Source of the DNA: an uncultured Gammaproteobacteria bacterium
GTDB taxonomy: Bacteria; Pseudomonadota; Gammaproteobacteria; Steroidobacterales; Steroidobacteraceae
DNA length: 64,000 bases
Assembly (NCBI GenBank): GCA_963818075.1
Contig: CAWFQX010000004.1
Location: forward strand, 769,830 to 833,829
Direction of reading: 5' to 3'
Numbering within the stretch: the stretch's first letter is position 1; every line of letters starts with the position of its first letter. A program made the position numbers and the translations under genes. The notes beneath the pieces are model-generated. The model worked only from the letters and a program-made list of their open reading frames with translations. It did not search any database and was not told the DNA's origin. Positions 22,908 through 34,560 of the stretch are shown piece by piece.

Positions 22908-24268
22908 CGGAAGCGGGCGCCCTGGCGCGCCAGTTCCTGCTGCACCGCGCCGATGTTCAATCGATCGAGAGCTTCGTCACGCTGCAGCGAAACGGCGGCC
23001 GCCACTCCCGCGCCCTGACCGCTTACCGCGCAGCACATCATGTTGCGGGCCGAGGCATGCGATATCTTGTCGCCGCCGATGCAGCGTCCCGCCACCAGCA
23101 GATTGCCGACGCCCTTCGGCACCAGGGCTCGATACGGCACGTGCCAATAGCGCCCGGTGGTCGGCAGGATCAAAATGCCGTAGCCGTCGATGAACTCCGG
23201 AAAAATGCCGATGGCGTCCTCGAAACGGGCTTGTTCGCGTACATCGGTACCGGTGAGATTATAAAGTGCGTCGATCTTACGGGTGTCGCGGACGCCGAGC
23301 GTCATGCCGAAGTTGCGCAATTTGGCGTGCTCGCAGCCCGGCATGTAGCCGCGCAGGGCTTCGAGTGCATAGATCGCCTCGCGCCTGCCGCGGATCTCTC
23401 CGGTGGTCAGGTCATTCGGGTCGGTGCCGTCGATTTCCGGCACATGCACCAGGTTCAAATACGTCAGGTCACCTTGATCCGTGACCGTGCCCCAGGTACC
23501 CGCAATGGTTTTCAGACTCGCCGGAATGATGCCGGCCTCGAGCGCTTTCTGGAATGGTTTGCGCAGGAAGGGTGAGAACAGCTGGTCTTCCTTGCCCGTG
23601 GTTTCGTAGTCCCATTCGCCGTTGCCCGACCAGTCGGCGTAGGTCTGCGGGTCGGCTTTCACGGCATCGATGAATTCCTTTTTGTTGACGCCGCTCATGG
23701 AAAACATGACCGACACGGCCATCATTTCCTGCCTCGGGGATTTGCGCACGGGGGCGCCCGCGCGCGTCGCAATGTCCGCATCCCCCGTCGCATCGATCAC
23801 ACGCTTGGCGAGGATGGCTTCGCGGCCCGCCTTGCTCTCGGTGATGACGCCGCGGATGGCGCCCCCCTCGAGGATGGGCGCCACGCCGAGGCGATGCAGC
23901 AGGGGGGTGACACCGGCCTCCTGCACCAGAGTGTCGGCGACCCACTTGAACATCTCGGCGTCGAGCGCATGGCTCAACGACTGCGGCTCGGGCATGGCCG
24001 CACCCATGGCCTTGGCGCGCGCCTCGAACTCGATGCCGATGCCTTCGCAGTCCACGGTGTGCTCATGCCTATACCAGGCAAAGCCTTCGACGCCCACCTG
24101 GGTGATATTGCCGCCAAAGCAGCCGTTGCGGTCGATGAGCGCGGTGCGGGCGCCGGCGCGAGCCGCGCCCAGCGCCGCGGCGAGGCCGCCGGGACCGCTG
24201 CCGACCACGAGCACATCGGTTTCAAGGATCACATCGACCGAGCGGGCGGCTTCAAGAATCTGATTCAT
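22904..24268 (-). CDS. FAD-dependent oxidoreductase of unknown substrate
   Basis: 454 aa with the N-terminal dinucleotide fold VLVVGSGPGGLAAALGAARAG. The overall look is that of the FAD_oxidored/HI0933-like group. I cannot call a specific enzyme. Confidence 0.75.
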   Translation of the reverse strand: MNQILEAARSVDVILETDVLVVGSGPGGLAAALGAARAGARTALIDRNGCFGGNITQVGVEGFAWYRHEHTVDCEGIGIEFEARAKAMGAAMPEPQSLSHALDAEMFKWVADTLVQEAGVTPLLHRLGVAPILEGGAIRGVITESKAGREAILAKRVIDATGDADIATRAGAPVRKSPRQEMMAVSVMFSMSGVNKKEFIDAVKADPQTYADWSGNGEWDYETTGKEDQLFSPFLRKPFQKALEAGIIPASLKTIAGTWGTVTDQGDLTYLNLVHVPEIDGTDPNDLTTGEIRGRREAIYALEALRGYMPGCEHAKLRNFGMTLGVRDTRKIDALYNLTGTDVREQARFEDAIGIFPEFIDGYGILILPTTGRYWHVPYRALVPKGVGNLLVAGRCIGGDKISHASARNMMCCAVSGQGAGVAAAVSLQRDEALDRLNIGAVQQELARQGARFR

Positions 24269-24346
24269 ACGGACTAGCCCTGATGATGGGGAAACACGCT
24301 AGCGGCGCCGGATCAGGAGAGTACTTGAATGGCGGGTCGCTGTTAA

Positions 24347-24396
24347 GTCATAGTACTGTCATAAATATGTCATCTGCGATGCGTAGAAACTACGCA
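24347..24396. promoter_or_regulatory. candidate operator in the divergent intergenic region
   Basis: GTCAT occurs three times at exact 11-bp spacing (24347, 24358, 24369). It is followed by the perfect palindrome TGCGTAG-AAA-CTACGCA (24380-24396). The region lies between the FAD-oxidoreductase/MFS operon and the TonB-dependent receptor. Confidence 0.3.
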
Positions 24397-24534
24397 GCGG
24401 GGACTTGGCGGGCCGGATAGATGGAGGCTCGACCGTACTGGGATGTCAATCTGCCGTTCGGAACATTTCGTGCGTAACGAGGCTCGCTCGTTGCGTTCTC
24501 GCATGCGCGTTGTATTGAGTTTAGGGAGAGAAAT

Positions 24535-27202
24535 TTGAATACTAATCAGAAGCTTGCCTGTGCAATTTCGGCAATTTTGAGCGGCTACAGCGGGGTGTCC
24601 CAGGCGGCGGCCGCGGCCGATACCGAAGCTACCGGCGGTATCGAGGAAATCGTCGTCACCGCGCAACGGCGCAATGAATCGATCCAAGACGTCCCCGTCA
24701 CCATCCAGGCGATCACCGGCGAGCAACTCGCTCAGTTGAACGTGACGACCTTCGACGACGTTCTCAAGTACCTGCCGAACGTCACCTTCAGCTCCAACGG
24801 CCCAGGCCAGGGCAATATCTACATGCGCGGCCTCTCCGCCGGCTTTGCCGGCAACCAATCGAGCGCCGCGATCAATCCGTTCCCGAACGTCGCGACTTAC
24901 CTCGACGATCAATCGATGGCGTTCCCGGCGCGCAATGTCGACGTCTATATGGCGGACATGGAGCGCATCGAGGTGCTCGAGGGTCCGCAGGGCACGCTGT
25001 TCGGGGGCGGCGCCGAGGCGGGCGCGATCCGCTACATCACGAACAAGCCCAAGCTCAATGTCACGGAGGGCAATGCCGAGGCCTCCTACGGCACGACCGC
25101 GCATGGCGATCCCAACACCGCGATCACCGCGGTGCTCAATCTGCCGCTGATCCCGGACACGCTGGCCGTGCGTGCCGTCATCTACAACGATCGCCGCGGC
25201 GGCTACATCGACAACGTGCCGAGCAAGTTCACGCGCTTTCCGACGGATCCCGGCACGATTTCCTATCATCTTCCGTACCCGGCGGATGCGGCCACGGCCA
25301 ACAACTACTCGTTCGCTTCGAGGGCGCAGAACCCGGTGACCTACCAAGGCATCCGGGCCTCGGCGCTGTGGCAGATCAACAGCGACTGGAATGTGCTGAT
25401 TCAGCAGAGCTACCAGTACATGGATGCGGAGGGTATGGGTGCGCAGTACCCGCTCGGTTCGCAGGAGACACCGCTCGGCGCCTGGCAGGAGACTTCGTTC
25501 TCGCCGGCCTACGACAAGGACAAGTGGGAGAATACGTCCTGGACCGTCAACGGCAAGCTCGGCGACCTCAAGCTGGTCTACACCGGCGGCTACCTCGACC
25601 GCACCATCGACAATGCGATGGATTACACGAACTATGCGCGCTCGGCGGGCGGGTTCTACTACACCTGCGCCGGCGGCGGCGCCCCCATCGGCAACGGAGT
25701 GGGACCGCTCAAGTGCTACTCGCCGGTCTCGTCCTGGCTGGACCACGTCGAAACCACGCACCAGAGCCATGAGCTGCGGCTCAGCACGCCGGACGATTGG
25801 CGGCTGCGGGGCCTCATCGGTGCGTTCTGGGAGGATTTCGACATCAAGGACGACATGAATTTCCTGTACAAGTCGATCCCGTCCTGTACTCCGGCGAACT
25901 TGCTGCTCTATCCAGGCGGGAACTCAGGTGTGTGTCGGCAACGTGATTCCGGCTCCCGGATTCGCTGCGGTCGATCCAACCCAGCGCAACGACAATGTCG
26001 CGTTCGGCGAGGATCTCGAGCGCGGCTACAAGCAAACGGCGTTCTTCACCTCGATCGACTTTGACCTGATCCCGAAAGTCCTGACGCTGACCGGCGGGAC
26101 GCGCTATTACCACTATAAGGAGACCATGCACGGCTCGCAGTACTCCACGAGCCCGGGCTGCGCGGGGATCCCGAACGGCACCTGCGTGGGCGGAAAGCTC
26201 ACCGATGCGACGCACGATGCGACCTACAGCGGCTTCAAGAGCCGCGGCAACCTGACCTGGCACGTCACCCAGGATGCGATGGTCTATTACACGTTCTCGC
26301 AGGGCTTTCGCCCGGGCGCCGGCAACCGCAAGAACAGCGCCGAGGTCAAGATCGACGTGGATCCGGTCACGGGATTGCCGACGGTCGGCCCGGATGCGAA
26401 CCCGAACCTCGTCAAGCAGTACAACAAGCCCTATACGTATCCGCCGGACACGCTGACCAACAACGAGATCGGCTGGAAGACGGAGTGGCTGGACCATCGG
26501 CTGCAGATCAATGGCTCGGCCTACATCATGGACTGGAAGAACGTCCAGACGCTGATCTACAACCCACCCATCTTTGGCAACACGACATTCGGCGTCGAGG
26601 GACCCGACTATCGGATCAAGGGCGCCGAGCTGCAGATCGTCGCGCGGGTCACCGAGGGACTGACGGTGCAGGGTTCGATTTCGCACAACAATGCGTCGGA
26701 AACCAACTCGCCCTGCATCAAGTCGTCGAACCCGGGCAACCCGACGCCCATCGGCAACTGCATCACGCAGGTCTGGTCGCCCAGCTTGAGCGAGAACGTG
26801 CCGCTGCAGAATCCACTCGGTACCGTCGGCGCCAATCCGGCCTTTTCGCCGACCATCGAGTACAACCTGCGCGCGCGCTACGACTGGCAAATGAACGACT
26901 ACAAGATGTTCTTCGGGGTCGGCGCGGAGCATGTCGGCGATATGCAGAACGAGCCGAGCAGCTTCCAGTCCGGCGCAGGCGCGCTCGTGCCGACGACGAC
27001 GTGGCTGCGATACGACCAGCCGGCCTACACGACCTATGACGCGGCCTTCGGCGTGGCGAAGGACCAGTGGCATGTCGAGGCTTACGGCACGAACCTCGGC
27101 AACTCGGACGCGAGCCTGTTCACCTCGTCCGCGCAGTTCATCAAGTCGGAGGTGCCGCTGCGGCCGCGGGTGCTCGGCATCAAGGTCGGATTCAAGTTCT
27201 AA
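24535..27202 (+). pseudogene. TonB-dependent receptor with one frame disruption near 25925
   Basis: The signal peptide and plug (EEIVVTAQRRNESIQDVPVTIQAI) lie in ORF 24535..26064. The barrel and the C-terminal ...LGIKVGFKF lie in ORF 25928..27202. The two frames meet at ggtgtgtgtc. It may be intact if this is a sequence error. Confidence 0.85.
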
Positions 27203-27250
27203 GGGTAGGCCTCGCCCGTCGCTGCGGCGGGTCCGTGCGGTTGCGGTAGA

Positions 27251-29287
27251 ATGGGGACGCCCATGACCGCCACCGCAACTGCCCATGCGACCTCGACCGT
27301 GGAGTCGGAGGTCGCGCGCATCCGCGCGCTCGTCAAGGAGCGGCGTTTCGCCGAGGGCGTGGCGGCCGCGGCCGCCCTGCTTTGCCAAGTCCCCGAAAAC
27401 CGCGACGTCCTCTATCTGCTCGCGCTCGGCCAACGTCAGCTCACCCGGACCGCGGACGCGCTCGCGACGCTCGATCAACTCGAGCGGTTCCATCCCGGCT
27501 ATAGCCGTCTGTACCAGGAGCGCGGCCATTGCTACGTGGCGATGAAGGACGCGCCGCAGGCCATCCAGGCATTCCTGCGGGCCGTCACGATCAACCCCGC
27601 ACTGCCGGCGAGCTGGGGCATGCTGGAAGGCCTTTATCGGATGTGCGGCGACGCCGATAACGCAGGTACTGCCGCCGCCCACGTCGTGAAACTAAAAACG
27701 CTGCCGCAGGAAGTCATCACGGCGACCGGGCTGTTCAGCGACGGCGACCTGGCGGCGGCGGAGAAAATGATCCGCGCGTTCCTGCTTGCCCACGGCGATC
27801 ACATCGAGGCGATGCGCCTGCTGGCGCGGATCGGTGCAGCCCTCGAGGTGTTCGACGATGCGGAGCTGCTGCTCGAGGCCGTGCTGGAACGCGTTCCCGA
27901 CTACTCCGCCGCCCGCTACGACTACGCTTCGGTGCTGCTCGGGCGGCACAAGCACAGCCAGGCGCTGATCGAACTCGACAAGTTGTTGGGCGTAGAGCCG
28001 GCGAACCGCCAGTACAGGACCCTGCAGGCAACCGCCGTGGTGGGCCTCGGCGACCATGCCCGCGCGATCACCCTGTATGAGGATTTGTTGCGCGATGCGC
28101 CGCCCCGATCGCCCCATGCCGCCGAACTGCACCTGTCGATCGCGCATTCACTGAAGACGCTGGGACGTCAGCCCGATGCGATCGGTGAGTACCGGGCGGC
28201 GACGCGGGAGCGTGCGGATTTTGGGGACGCGTACTGGAGCCTCGCCAATCTCAAGACCTACCGCTTCATGGACGCAGAGCTTGAGTCGATGCGCACTGCG
28301 GAGGCTGCACCCGCGACCGGCCTGGTCGACCGCTATCACCTCTGTTTCGCGCTCGGCAAGGCCTACGAGGATCGCGGTGACTACGCTGAGTCGTGGTGCT
28401 ACTACGAACGCGGCAATGCGTTGAAGCGCGCCGAGAGCCGCTACCGTCCGGAAGTGATCGAGCTCAATACGGCGAACCAGAAGTCGGTCTGCACCCGGAA
28501 ATTCTTCGAGCAGCGCCTAGGGTATGGCGTCGCAAGCACGGCGCCGATCTTCGTGGTCGGACTGCCGCGTTCGGGTTCGACGCTGATCGAGCAGATCCTG
28601 GCCTCGCACTCCGCGGTGGAGGGCACGCAGGAGCTCGCCGACATCCCGCGCTACGTGCTCGAATTGCAGGGCCGCGAGCGGGATTTCGAGTCGCCGCGCT
28701 ATCCGGCCGTGCTCACGCAGCTTCCCATGGCGGAATCCGTGCGCTTCGCCGAAAGGTATCTGCACGACACCCGCGTCTATCGGACCGGCAAGCCGCGGTT
28801 CATCGACAAGATGCCGAATAATTTCCGGCACATCGGCTTCATGCACCTGCTGTTCCCCAACGCGAAGATCATCGACGCGCGCCGCGAGCCGATGGCCTGC
28901 TGCTTCGGGAACCTCAAGCAACTGTTCGCGCGCGGACAGGAATTCACTTACAGCATCGAAGATATCGCCCGCTACTACCGCACCTACCTCGAGCTCATGG
29001 AGCATTGGGACGCCGCGCTGCCGGGCAGGGTGCTGCGTGTCCCTCACGAGGACGTGGTCGACGACCTGGAGCGCAGTGTCCGGCTCATTCTCGACTTCTG
29101 CGAGCTGCCCTTCGAGCCGGCCTGCGTCGAATTCCACCGCACCGAACGCAGCATCCGTAGCGCGAGCTCGGAGCAGGTGCGCCAGCCCATCTTCCGCGAA
29201 GGCCTCGACCAGTGGCGCAACTTCGAGACCTGGCTCGGCCCGCTGCGCGAAGCGCTCGGCGACGCACCCGTGCGCTATCGCCGCTAG
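27251..29287 (+). CDS. TPR-repeat sulfotransferase-family protein
   Basis: 678 aa. The N-terminal approximately 400 aa are TPR-like repeats. The C-terminal sulfotransferase domain carries the 5'-PSB-type loop VVGLPRSGSTLIEQIL and a 3'-PB-like region. No signal peptide is present. Confidence 0.85.
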   Translation: MGTPMTATATAHATSTVESEVARIRALVKERRFAEGVAAAAALLCQVPENRDVLYLLALGQRQLTRTADALATLDQLERFHPGYSRLYQERGHCYVAMKDAPQAIQAFLRAVTINPALPASWGMLEGLYRMCGDADNAGTAAAHVVKLKTLPQEVITATGLFSDGDLAAAEKMIRAFLLAHGDHIEAMRLLARIGAALEVFDDAELLLEAVLERVPDYSAARYDYASVLLGRHKHSQALIELDKLLGVEPANRQYRTLQATAVVGLGDHARAITLYEDLLRDAPPRSPHAAELHLSIAHSLKTLGRQPDAIGEYRAATRERADFGDAYWSLANLKTYRFMDAELESMRTAEAAPATGLVDRYHLCFALGKAYEDRGDYAESWCYYERGNALKRAESRYRPEVIELNTANQKSVCTRKFFEQRLGYGVASTAPIFVVGLPRSGSTLIEQILASHSAVEGTQELADIPRYVLELQGRERDFESPRYPAVLTQLPMAESVRFAERYLHDTRVYRTGKPRFIDKMPNNFRHIGFMHLLFPNAKIIDARREPMACCFGNLKQLFARGQEFTYSIEDIARYYRTYLELMEHWDAALPGRVLRVPHEDVVDDLERSVRLILDFCELPFEPACVEFHRTERSIRSASSEQVRQPIFREGLDQWRNFETWLGPLREALGDAPVRYRR

Positions 29288-31444
29288 ATGCCCCCCGGAC
29301 GCAACGAGCCTTGCTCCTGCGGCAGCGGCCGCAAGTACAAGCACTGCTGCGGTAAAGCGTCGACCGACAGGGCTGCCCCGCCGGACGATGCTCAGAAGCA
29401 CTATCTGCGCGGCCAGGCGCTCGAGAGCCAAGGCCTGCTCGAGCGGGCAGTCGAGAGCTTCGAGCGCGCGACCGCTGTCAATCCCGAACTCGCCGACGCG
29501 CACAACGATTTGGGTGAAGTGCTGCTGCGGCTGGGACGGACGGACGCCGCGATCGCGAGCTGTCAGCGGGCACTCGCGCTGCGGCCGCGCTTTGCCGCGG
29601 CCCTCGGCAATCTCGCCAACGCCGAACGCGCTCGCGGCGCGCTCGCCGCGGCGATCGCGGGGTACCGGCTCGTGATTGCGCTCGAGCCGGGACTCGCCGA
29701 GGCTCACCGCAACTTGGGCAGCGCACTTCTCGAGACCGGGGACAGGGAGGCGGCGATCGCGAGCTTGCGCAGGGCGATTGAGCTGCGCCCCGAATTTGGC
29801 AAAGCCGTCACGCAGCTGGCGCGCGCGCTGAGCGCTGCGGGCCGCGCAGCGGAGGCCGATCCCCCATTACGAGCGGCTGTTGGCGCGCGATCGGCGCGCC
29901 GAAAGCCTCGACGAGTATGCGGCTCTGCTGGCAGGGCTCGGGCGCTATGAGGCGTCGGCGAACTGCTTATCGCGAGCTGCTCGAACGCACGCCGCGCGAT
30001 GCGCGGCTGCACGCCAACCTGGGTCACGTGCTGCATTGCCTCGGGGACTTTCGCGCCGCGATCGAGCACTGCCGGCGGGCGATCGAGCTCGGGCCGCGGT
30101 TGCCGGAAGGGCACCTCCACCTCGGCAATTCGCTGCTTGCGCTGAATGCCTTGTATGAGGCCGACGCTGCCTACTGTGCCGGACTCGAGATCGCCCCTGA
30201 CCATGCCGCTCTTCACAGCGCGCATGCCATGGCCGAACGGGCCCTCGGGCGGCTCGCGGCTGCGGAAGCGAGCGCGCGGCGGGCGCTCGCGCTCCGTACC
30301 GGACGCTGCCGACACGCTCGCGCTGCTCGGCAGCCTCGCCATCGACCATGGTCGGTTCGACGAGGCCGAAGAATATGCTGCGCAAAGCGTTGGCCATCGA
30401 CCCGGAGCTGCCGGAGGCGCTTACCAGCCTCGCGGCCGTGCGCAAGATGGGCCCGGCGGACGTGCCGTGGCGCGACGCCGCGGAACGCGTGCTGGCACGC
30501 GGTCTCCCCGTCGCACACGCCATCAACCTGCACCATGCCCTCGGCAAGTACTACGATGACGTCGACGACCGTGATGCGGCTTTCCAGCATCATCTGCGGG
30601 GAAACGAGCTGGCCCGTGCCAGCCGACCGGGCTACGACCGTGTCGAGATGACGCAGCGGGTTACGCGCACTCTCGCGGCCTTCGATCGAAATGTCCTCGC
30701 CGCCCTGCGGTCCGGCGGGCTCGGCTCCGAACGCCCGGTATTCGTCGTCGGCATGCCGCGGTCGGGCACGAGCCTGACCGAACAGATCCTCGCCTCGCAT
30801 CCGGAGGTCCATGGCGCGGGCGAGCTGCTCTACTGGATCTTTGCGGCGGACGCGGAGCGCGCGGCCCCCGCAGAGACGCGCGCTGCGACGATAGCCGAGC
30901 TCGGCCGTGCCTATTTGGAAGGGCTCGCGGCGCAGGCACCCGCAGCCTCTCGCGTCGTCGACAAGCTGCCTGTCAACTTCAGAAACATCGGCCTCATTCA
31001 CGCGGCGCTGCCGGGTACCCGGTTCATTCATCTCAACGAAATGCGCTCGATACCTGTCTGTCGATCTACTTCCAGGGGTTCTCCGCCGCGCACCCCTACG
31101 CAACCGACTTCGGCGACCTCGCGCACTACTACCACGAGTACCGGCGCCTGGTGGCCCACTGGCGCGCCGTGCTGCCGCCGCAGACGCTGCTCGACGTGCG
31201 GTATGAGGATCTTGTCGACGATCCTGAAGGCTGGAGCCGCCGCATGCTCGCGCATATCGGGCTGCCGTGGGATCCGCGCTGCCTCGAGTTCCATCGCACC
31301 CATCGGCCGGTTCTGACCGCGAGCAACTGGCAGGTACGCCAGCCCATCAGCAAGGGCTCAGTCGATCGGTGGCGACGCTACGAGCGCTTCATCGGGCCGC
31401 TGCGCGAGGCGCTCGGCGACGATGCACTGGTTTCGCTGCCGTGA
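29288..31444 (+). pseudogene. SEC-C-motif/TPR/sulfotransferase paralog with about five frame disruptions
   Basis: The N-terminus is MPPGRNEPCSCGSGRKYKHCCG (SEC-C-type Cys motif). TPR segments continue through the frames of ORFs 29288, 29880, 29917, 30146 and 30348. The sulfotransferase loop is VVGMPRSGTSLTEQIL. The C-terminus (NALDTCLSIYFQGF...WRRYERFIGPLREAL) is in the frame of ORF 31151..31444. Confidence 0.75.
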
Positions 31445-32574
31445 CCAGGGCAGGGAGCGCGTCGCGCGAGTTTGATCTTGCGATCGTGGGCGCGGGCATC
31501 CTCGGATTGTCCTGCGCGCTGGCTGCGGCCAGACGTGGGCTCAAAGTGGTCGTCATCGAGCGCGATGCGCGCGCCCGCGGCGCCTCGGTGCGCAACTTCG
31601 GCTTGGTCACGATCACGGGACAGGATCGCGAAGGAGTGTGGCCGCGAGCCCGCCGATCGCGGGAGGTGTGGCAGGAGGTGGCAGCGCAGGCAAACATACC
31701 CATCGTAAACCACGGCCTCTGGGTCGCCGCGCGGCGAGCGGAATCCGCAGCCGTGCTGGAGACGTTTCTGCGCACCGACATGGCAGAAGGCTGCCGGCTT
31801 CTGACACCCTCGGAGGCGCAGCGGCGCTGTCCGAATTTGCAAACCTCCGGCGTGCACGCGGTGCTGTTGAGCCCGCACGAACTGCGCTTTGAATCTCGCG
31901 ACGCGATTCCGGCGCTCAGCGATTGGCTGGCCCGGGAGCAGGGCGTCACTTTTTGCTGGGAAACGGCCGTGCACGCGGCCGATCCACCCACACTCGAAAC
32001 ATCGCGCGGACCGGTATCGGCCGCGGCGGCGGTGGTCTGCCCCGGCGATGACCTCGTGACGCTCTTCCCCGAGCGACTGGCGGCTGCCGGCGTCGGCCGT
32101 TGCACGCTGCAGATGCTGCGGCTCGAAAGCCCGGGATTCGCGTTGCCCGGGACGGTGATGTCGGACTTAAGCCTGGTGCGTTACGGCGGCTTCGCAAGCC
32201 TGCCGGAGGCCGGCGCGCTGCGCATGCGCCTGGAAGCCGAGCAGGGAGAGCACCTTGCGCACGGCATCCATCTCATCATTGCGCAGGGGTCGGACGGAAG
32301 CCTGGTGGTGGGCGATAGCCATCACTATGGCGCCGGACCATTCGCCGACGAGCGAATCTATGGTTTTCTGCTGGACGAGTACCGAGCCGTCATCGGGAGT
32401 CCGCCGCCGCCCGTTCGCGAACGCTGGATGGGGACCTACGCGGTGGCCAAGGATCGTGTCGTGCTCATCGACGCACCGTCGCCCAGGGTTCGGCTGGTCT
32501 TGGTTACGAGCGGCATCGGTGCCTCGACAGGATTTGCCATTGGCGAGGAGGTCATCGTCGACTTGTTTGGGTGA
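31441..32574 (+). CDS. FAD-dependent oxidoreductase, TIGR03364-like (phosphonate-cluster-associated DAO family)
   Basis: The GTG at 31441 overlaps the preceding stop (GTGA). The dinucleotide fold is DLAIVGAGILGLSCALAAARRG. The length, the motif pattern and the neighbourhood (phnA/phnY/phnW) fit the TIGR03364 group. Confidence 0.75.
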   Translation: MTRAGSASREFDLAIVGAGILGLSCALAAARRGLKVVVIERDARARGASVRNFGLVTITGQDREGVWPRARRSREVWQEVAAQANIPIVNHGLWVAARRAESAAVLETFLRTDMAEGCRLLTPSEAQRRCPNLQTSGVHAVLLSPHELRFESRDAIPALSDWLAREQGVTFCWETAVHAADPPTLETSRGPVSAAAAVVCPGDDLVTLFPERLAAAGVGRCTLQMLRLESPGFALPGTVMSDLSLVRYGGFASLPEAGALRMRLEAEQGEHLAHGIHLIIAQGSDGSLVVGDSHHYGAGPFADERIYGFLLDEYRAVIGSPPPPVRERWMGTYAVAKDRVVLIDAPSPRVRLVLVTSGIGASTGFAIGEEVIVDLFG

Positions 32575-32595
32575 CAGGCGGTTGTCAGCTGAAAA

Positions 32596-33315
32596 TTGTC
32601 AACAATCTGCAATCATGATAGCTTGGGGGACATGGTACAAGCCGCCGTTCCCTCCGTGCTCCAGCTCGTGCAATCTAACTCGCTGCCGGGGCTCGTGCAG
32701 GCTGAGATCGAACAGCTGATCCTGAGCGGAGAACTCGCCGTCGGCCGGCGCATCAACGAGAGCGATCTTGCGCTGCGCTTCGGGATGAGCCGCGGTCCGA
32801 TACGTGAGGCGTTGCGCGCCCTCGAGGAGTCCCGCCTGGTGCGCTCGGAGAAGAATCGCGGAGTCTTCGTCCGGGAAGTATCGGTGGCCGAAGCGGACGA
32901 GATCTATGACGTCCGCGAAGCGCTCGACCAATTGATCGGGCAGCGCGTCGCCGAGCGTGCCACGCCCGAACAGCTGCGCGCCATGCAGGCGGTCGTCGCC
33001 GAGATGGACGCAGCGACCGGCGCGCACGACATCAAGTGCTACCACGCGCTGAATTTGAAGTTTCACGACATGCTCGTAGACTTTGCGGGCAATGCCCGCC
33101 TGACCGAAACTTATCGGCTTCTGACCAAAGGGCTGCTGCTGTTCCGGCTGCGCGGTCTGCAGGACGGCGGCGGATTTGCGGTATCCAACACGGAGCACAA
33201 GGCGGTGGTCGAAGCCATCGGGGCGCGTGACTCGGCCCGCGCCGGGCGCTTGCTGCGCCGGCACGCGGTGGAGAGCCGTGCCCGTATGCACAAAGCGGCG
33301 GCGCGCACGGAGTAA
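32596..33315 (+). CDS. GntR-family transcriptional regulator (FadR/FCD subfamily)
   Basis: It has a winged HTH (INESDLALRFGMSRGPIREALRALEESRLV) and a C-terminal FCD-like helical domain. An alternative start is the ATG at 32632. Confidence 0.85.
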   Translation: MSTICNHDSLGDMVQAAVPSVLQLVQSNSLPGLVQAEIEQLILSGELAVGRRINESDLALRFGMSRGPIREALRALEESRLVRSEKNRGVFVREVSVAEADEIYDVREALDQLIGQRVAERATPEQLRAMQAVVAEMDAATGAHDIKCYHALNLKFHDMLVDFAGNARLTETYRLLTKGLLLFRLRGLQDGGGFAVSNTEHKAVVEAIGARDSARAGRLLRRHAVESRARMHKAAARTE

Positions 33316-34557
<1,242 letters not shown>

Positions 34558-34560
34558 CCG

